Shown: piece after piece, positions 35,360 through 39,779 of the stretch
Position numbering within the stretch: position 1 is the stretch's first letter
How the letters are laid out: each line of letters starts with the position of its first letter
DNA from: a virus
Lineage: Duplodnaviria; Caudoviricetes
IMG/VR virus record: IMGVR_UViG_3300028588_000045
Location: 1-39,779 of that record
Length of the DNA stretch: 39,779 nucleotides
Reading direction: 5' to 3' (one strand)
Translations under genes and position numbers: made by a program
Notes under the pieces: model-generated
Databases searched by the model: none
Told to the model about the DNA's origin: nothing
What the model saw: only the letters and a program-made list of their open reading frames with translations

Positions 35360-36923
35360 CCGCGACGAAGCGCGTCGGGAATTGGCAAGGCGCTATGTGG
35401 CTGACTTTGCGTGCAGCGTGGACATTCCGACTGTGCCTGTCACGGATGAACCGGATGAGGCGCGGTTCGACCAGCTACGGCAACCCAAGCTAGCGGGGCA
35501 CCACAACCTGTTGCTGCGTAAGCTACAGCTTCTCGGCACGCCGGCTGTGCCCAATCTGATGGTGCTGATGCCGCCGGGTAGCGCAAAGTCCACATACGTC
35601 GATGTCGTCTACGTGCCGTGGTTCATGGCGTCCAAGCCGAAGCGCAATGTCATCCTCGCCAGCTACGCCAGTGACATCGCGAAGAAGCAGGGTCGTCGCG
35701 CCCGTCAGCTTATCAAGACACCGAAGTTCAACCAGATATTCCCGGGCTGTGCTCTTAGGGGCGATCAGGCTGCGGCGGATGAATGGGCCTTGGAGAACGG
35801 TTCGGAGTACATGGCGGGGGGCATCCTGTCAGGGCTGACCGGCAACCGTGGCGCGCTTGGGGTGCTGGACGATCCAATCAAGGGCCGGCAGCAGGCGGAA
35901 AGCCAGACGATCCGAGATACGACGTGGGATGCCTACACGGATGACTTCTGTTCGCGTCTGATCCCTGGCTCGCCCCAGATCATGATCCTGACGAGGTGGC
36001 ACGCAGACGATCCAGCAGGGCGCATTCTGCCTGAGACGTGGGATGGGGAGTCGGGAGCGTTCTTTGGCCGTGACGGACGCTGGTGGGAGGTTATTTGCCT
36101 ACCTGCGATTGCCGACCGTGCCGATGATCCCCTAGAGCGCGCGATAGGCGAGACGCTGTGGCCTGAATGGTTCAGCCATGAGCATTGGGCACCGTTTCAG
36201 CGCAATACGCGAACGTGGACCAGCCTGTACCAGCAGAAGCCCACGGCGGATGAAGGCACGTTCTTCAAGACGGAATGGTTCAAGCGGTTCAGCGAGCGGC
36301 CCGCCAACCTCAACATCTACATGACCAGCGATCACGCACCCGGCGGCACGGAGGACAGCGACTTCAACGTATTTCGGGTGTGGGGCATTGATGAGCATCA
36401 ACACATCTGGCTGCTGGACGGCTACCGGGTGCAGGGCACGATTGACGTGGCAATGGGCGTGAAGCTGGACGAGCGCACAGGCGAACAGACATTGTGCGAC
36501 CAAGGCGCGTTGCCGCTTATCAAGAAGTGGAAGCCGCTTTGCTGGTTTCCTGAGGCGGACAACAACTGGAAGTCGGCGCATCCGTTCGTGACCGCTGCCA
36601 TGCGCCGCAACCGCGTGTTGTGTCGCATCGAGCCGCTATCGACGGCAGGCGGTGACAAGCCGACCAAGGCGCAGCCGTTCCAGGCTAAGGCGGCGATGGG
36701 CGAAGTGCATATCCCTATCGGCCCGATGGGCGAGGAAGTGCTGGATCAGTATCGCAAGTTCCCCGCAGGCCGCTGGGATGACGAGATTGACGCAGCCGCT
36801 AACATCGGGCGCGCGATAGACATGGCGCATCCGGCTATCGTTAAGGTTGTGAAGAAGGCTACCGGTCCCCTGATCGGCGACTACCGACGCCCGCCTGAAC
36901 CCAGCACTAGCGCGTTCGGGTGA
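35340..36923 (+). CDS. terL: Terminase large subunit
   Basis: MPPGSAKS, VLDDPIKG, LTRWH.DD, LYQQ.P, FPAGRWDDEIDA. Confidence 0.95.
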   Translation: MQLTLADRDEARRELARRYVADFACSVDIPTVPVTDEPDEARFDQLRQPKLAGHHNLLLRKLQLLGTPAVPNLMVLMPPGSAKSTYVDVVYVPWFMASKPKRNVILASYASDIAKKQGRRARQLIKTPKFNQIFPGCALRGDQAAADEWALENGSEYMAGGILSGLTGNRGALGVLDDPIKGRQQAESQTIRDTTWDAYTDDFCSRLIPGSPQIMILTRWHADDPAGRILPETWDGESGAFFGRDGRWWEVICLPAIADRADDPLERAIGETLWPEWFSHEHWAPFQRNTRTWTSLYQQKPTADEGTFFKTEWFKRFSERPANLNIYMTSDHAPGGTEDSDFNVFRVWGIDEHQHIWLLDGYRVQGTIDVAMGVKLDERTGEQTLCDQGALPLIKKWKPLCWFPEADNNWKSAHPFVTAAMRRNRVLCRIEPLSTAGGDKPTKAQPFQAKAAMGEVHIPIGPMGEEVLDQYRKFPAGRWDDEIDAAANIGRAIDMAHPAIVKVVKKATGPLIGDYRRPPEPSTSAFG

Positions 36924-36947
36924 TTGGGGCTATGGTATTGGGATACC
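36908..36947 (+). promoter_or_regulatory. Promoter with overlapping palindromic operator upstream of the portal block
   Basis: TAGCGC(36908)-17-TATGGT(36931); GGTATTGGGATACC at 36934-36947. Confidence 0.6.
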
Positions 36948-36960
36948 CGGAGGCGTGACG

Positions 36961-37215
36961 ATGAAGACTTGGGCTGTCATGGAAGATCAATGCAATATGG
37001 CTCTGGTTCTTTCTGACATGGAAGGCCGACGCGCTTATTTTGCGTATTCCGATCTCGCTGATGTCGGCCCGCCACCCGCTTACACGCGATATTCAAACCG
37101 GCCTTTTGCGGGACTGCTTTGGGCTATAGAGAATGGCTTGCGACCCTACAAAACTTTCGGCGGCGAAATCGCAGGTCTGCCTGCCCCTTCGTTACTGATA
37201 GGCCACGAATCATGA
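36961..37215 (+). CDS. Hypothetical protein between TerL and portal
   Basis: GGAGG RBS; stop overlaps the portal ATG (ATGA). Confidence 0.6.
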   Translation: MKTWAVMEDQCNMALVLSDMEGRRAYFAYSDLADVGPPPAYTRYSNRPFAGLLWAIENGLRPYKTFGGEIAGLPAPSLLIGHES

Positions 37216-39170
37216 CCCCTGACGACAACAACCGCGACGGCATCGCCTTGACTGGCGCGACGGAAACGCTGCCGGAATACATCAAGGGCACGCCGCCTAG
37301 CATCGAGTTGCTGCGTCAGGGCTTCGATGATGCGCGTGATGACCCTAACGGCACCTATGCCAAGTCTCTCAAGGCGCGCGATTATTACGATGGGCCGGGG
37401 CAGCTATCGAGCGAGGTCCGCTCCACGCTGAAGGCGCGCAACCAACCGGCGATCTACACCAATCGCATCCGCCCCGCTGTCAATGGCGTGCTAGGCGTGC
37501 TGGAGGCGGCACGTAGCGACCCGCAGGCATATCCACGCAATCCCGACGATCAAAACAGCGCCGACGTAGCCAGCAAGACGCTGCGATACATTGCCGACGA
37601 ATGCCAGTTCGGTGACGTAAAGATGGAGGTTGCCGAAAACTTCTTGGTGGAAGGCACGGGCGCTGTCATCGTGGAGATGGACGGCGACAAGATCGTTGCC
37701 ACGCAGATCAGGTGGAAGGAGTTCTACGCTGACCGCTACAGCCGCCGCAATGACTTCGAGGATGCCCGGTACAAGGGTGTGGCGAAGTGGATGGACGCCG
37801 ACCAGATCACGCAGAAGTGGGGCGTGCGGATCGAGCAGATTGGCGACCCGATGCGCCCCGATGGTATCGGCATCTTCGGCAACGACAAGTTCGATGACAT
37901 CGGCGACCAGGGCACGGGCTGGATCAACAGCAAGCGCCGCCGCGTCCTGCTGGTGGAGGAATACCGCGTAGTTGAGGGCGAGTGGAAGCGCATCGTCTAC
38001 ATCGCTGCCGGCGTGCTGGAGTACGGCCCGTCGCCGTACCTCGACAGCAACCGCCAGCCATGCTGCCCGATCATCGCGACTAGCTGCTATGTGGACCGCG
38101 AGAATGGTCGTTACGGTGTCGTGTCGGACATGGTGCCGATTCAGGATGAGGTAAACGCCAGCCGGTCGCGGTCGCTGCACCTGATGAATTCGCGGCAGGT
38201 TCAGCAGACCGACCCGATGGCCCCGCCGATTGATGCTGCAACCGCCCGCATGGAAGCCGCAAAGGCAGACGGCGTTATTCCTGCCGGCTGGGCTATCGTT
38301 TCGACGGCAGAGCAGTCCAATGCCAATCTCCTACGTATGCAGGAAGCCAAGGGCGAGATCGAGCGCATGGGGCCAACGCCCGCTGTGTTGGGCAGGCAGG
38401 AAGGCGCGGGTCAGTCGGGTCGTGCGCGACTGGTATCGCAGCAAGCCGGGTTGACGGAACTGGCGCGGCCTATCGCTCGCCTCAATTCCTGGGAACTGGC
38501 GGTGTTGAAAGCGTTCTGGGATCGCGCCTGTCAGTTCAAGACTCAGCCGTGGTTCGTGCGCGTCACTGACGACGTGAAGGCGATGGAGTTCCTACAGGTC
38601 AACGAGCCGCAGCTAGGCATGGTGATGCAGCCGGTTGCTAGCCCTGATGGACAGCCGGTGATTGACCCGATGACGGGTCAGCCTGCCATGCAGCCCGCGA
38701 TGGGCATCGTGGGCTACAAGAACCGCCTTGCTGAGATGGACGTGGACATCATTTTGGACACCACGCCAGACACCGCCAATCTGCAACAGGAAGTGTGGGC
38801 CGAGTTGATGCAACTTGTGTCCAACGCTGGCGGACTGGCGGCTATCTCCACGCCGGAGTTCCGTATCGCGCTGGAAATCAGCCCGATGGACGACAAAACG
38901 CGCATCATCGAGAAACTGGACAAGTTCAATCAGGAGCGCGAGCAGAATCAGGTGGCTCAGCTTACGCAGCAGGTCGCGCAATTGACGCAGGCGCTGGAGC
39001 AGAAGCGCCAAATTGAAGGCGCTGAGACTGCGGCCAACATTCAGGACAAGCAGGCGTCGGCGCTTCAGAAGACCGCTGCTGCACACAAGACAGCGGCGGA
39101 TGCTGATACGGTGCAGGCGCAGTTGTATGCGGGGTTGGGACTGGACCCGGCTGCGGCGTTGATGGATTAG
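37212..39170 (+). CDS. Portal protein (P22-like)
   Basis: DYYDG.GQ, NRIRPAVN.VLG, YGVV.DM...QDEVN, SGRA, DVDIILD; C-terminal Gln-rich barrel. Confidence 0.92.
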   Translation: MTPDDNNRDGIALTGATETLPEYIKGTPPSIELLRQGFDDARDDPNGTYAKSLKARDYYDGPGQLSSEVRSTLKARNQPAIYTNRIRPAVNGVLGVLEAARSDPQAYPRNPDDQNSADVASKTLRYIADECQFGDVKMEVAENFLVEGTGAVIVEMDGDKIVATQIRWKEFYADRYSRRNDFEDARYKGVAKWMDADQITQKWGVRIEQIGDPMRPDGIGIFGNDKFDDIGDQGTGWINSKRRRVLLVEEYRVVEGEWKRIVYIAAGVLEYGPSPYLDSNRQPCCPIIATSCYVDRENGRYGVVSDMVPIQDEVNASRSRSLHLMNSRQVQQTDPMAPPIDAATARMEAAKADGVIPAGWAIVSTAEQSNANLLRMQEAKGEIERMGPTPAVLGRQEGAGQSGRARLVSQQAGLTELARPIARLNSWELAVLKAFWDRACQFKTQPWFVRVTDDVKAMEFLQVNEPQLGMVMQPVASPDGQPVIDPMTGQPAMQPAMGIVGYKNRLAEMDVDIILDTTPDTANLQQEVWAELMQLVSNAGGLAAISTPEFRIALEISPMDDKTRIIEKLDKFNQEREQNQVAQLTQQVAQLTQALEQKRQIEGAETAANIQDKQASALQKTAAAHKTAADADTVQAQLYAGLGLDPAAALMD

Positions 39171-39173
39171 GTC

Positions 39174-39268
39174 TAGGGCAAAGGCGGGATCGAACCGCCC
39201 GCTACGTCGCTACGGGCGATCAACCCCGCTCACGATGGTAGCCGCATGCACCAGCCATGCTCTGCCCC
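39174..39268 (-). ncRNA. tRNA-like RNA / pseudo-tRNA with no canonical anticodon arm
   Basis: Acceptor GGGCAGA/TTTGCCC; T-arm GGCGG-TTCGATC-CCGCC; D-like hairpin GCATG-GCTGGTG-CATGC; no CCA encoded. Confidence 0.55.
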
Positions 39269-39275
39269 TCAAGTA

Positions 39276-39336
39276 GTTATTTGGATAACCCAACACCCAT
39301 CTTGCAAGCAACATCTAAAACGGGTATCAGGATACC
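39276..39336. promoter_or_regulatory. Possible bidirectional promoter sharing palindromic TTGCAA, with operator
   Basis: Plus: TTGCAA(39302)-17-TATCAG, overlapped by GGTATCAGGATACC (39323-39336). Minus: TTGCAA-17-CCAAAT. Confidence 0.55.
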
Positions 39337-39344
39337 GTTACTAA

Positions 39345-39433
39345 GGCGTCGCCGGCTTTAACGGGCGTATCGGGTTCCTTGCCCCGTCAAAACAAGGGCG
39401 TCGCCGGTTCGGGCGTGTCGTTGCCGTCAACGA
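39345..39433 (+). repeat. Duplicated hairpin units in scaffold 5' leader
   Basis: GGCGTCGCCGG at 39345 and 39397; CGGGCGT at 39362 and 39410; TTGCC(CC)GTCAA at 39379 and 39421. Confidence 0.75.
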
Positions 39434-39454
39434 GATAGACGGGAAGGGGAAAGC

Positions 39455-39779
39455 ATGGCCGAGGATTTCGTGGATCGTATCTTTGCCGAACAGCCGCAAG
39501 AGGTTGAACCGGTCGAGACTGCCCCCGAACCTGTAAACGAAGCGCCGACACCAGAGCCAGCGCCGGAAGTTGCAGAACCTACGCCAGAGCCGGCACCTGA
39601 ACCTGAGCAGCGTGGACCGGGATACGTCCCGATTGATGCGATGCTGACAGAGCGTGAACGCCGCCAAGCGGTTGAACGTGAACTGGAACAGCTTCGACGC
39701 CAGCAGGTACAGCAGCCAGCCGCGCCAGACGCCTTCGATGACCCCGCCGGGTTCGAACGGCATGTTTAGGAGCGCATTG
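39455..39779 (+). CDS. Capsid scaffolding protein, N-terminal part (continues through the repeat to 577)
   Basis: AAGGGG RBS; Pro/Glu-rich N-terminus, VPIDAML.ERERRQ; the TAG at 39767 reads GAG in the other repeat copy. Confidence 0.85.
39637..39779. repeat. Terminal direct repeat, right copy
   Basis: 141/143 identical to 1-143. Confidence 0.97.

Noticed and set aside
39174-39268. Call as functional tRNA-Sec, tRNA-Met or tmRNA
   Set aside because: No canonical anticodon stem-loop, no UCA anticodon, no G3-U70 pair or tag ORF; kept only as tRNA-like.
39767-39769. In-frame TAG in the scaffold gene, suggesting stop-codon recoding or a pseudogene
   Set aside because: The other repeat copy has GAG, the site is 13 nt from the contig end, and TAG ends many genes normally here (577, 2192, 9728, 39170).
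1-39779. CRISPR array, DGR/retron reverse transcriptase, introns, inteins, integrase/att
   Set aside because: No regularly spaced repeat-spacer array or RT motifs seen; TerL, portal, capsid and primase are uninterrupted and of ordinary length; HNH genes are free-standing.

Overview
This window is a complete, circularly permuted dsDNA phage genome of about 39,636 bp. Positions 1-143 repeat at 39637-39779 with 2 mismatches, and the overlap splits the scaffold gene. The virion module is P22-like/podoviral: TerS, TerL, portal, scaffold, N4-gp56-type major capsid, head-tail adaptor, gp10-, gp26- and gp14-like proteins and three ejection proteins. It also has three carbohydrate-directed receptor-binding proteins. 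A lysis region (GH24 lysozyme, membrane proteins, no recognisable spanin pair) is followed by a leftward block of small accessory ORFs. A rightward early/replication block encodes two HTH regulators, YqaJ exonuclease, VRR-NUC, GapR, RepB-type primase/AAA helicase and SSB, and four HNH-type endonuclease genes are scattered through the genome. I saw no integrase, CI-type repressor, DNA polymerase or CRISPR array. GapR and the SSB sequence point to an alphaproteobacterial, probably sphingomonad, host (inference). The most notable signals are: (1) a 14-bp palindrome GGTATYNNGATACC placed four times ahead of late gene blocks; (2) a ~95-nt tRNA-like RNA with a scrambled anticodon arm, divergent from a repeat-structured scaffold leader; (3) an ADP-ribosyltransferase-like segment inserted in an ejection protein; (4) a proline-rich peptide plus membrane protein pair heading the lysis cassette; (5) a cationic disruptin-like peptide where spanins would normally be. 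All product calls come from motif recognition by eye; no database searches were run.
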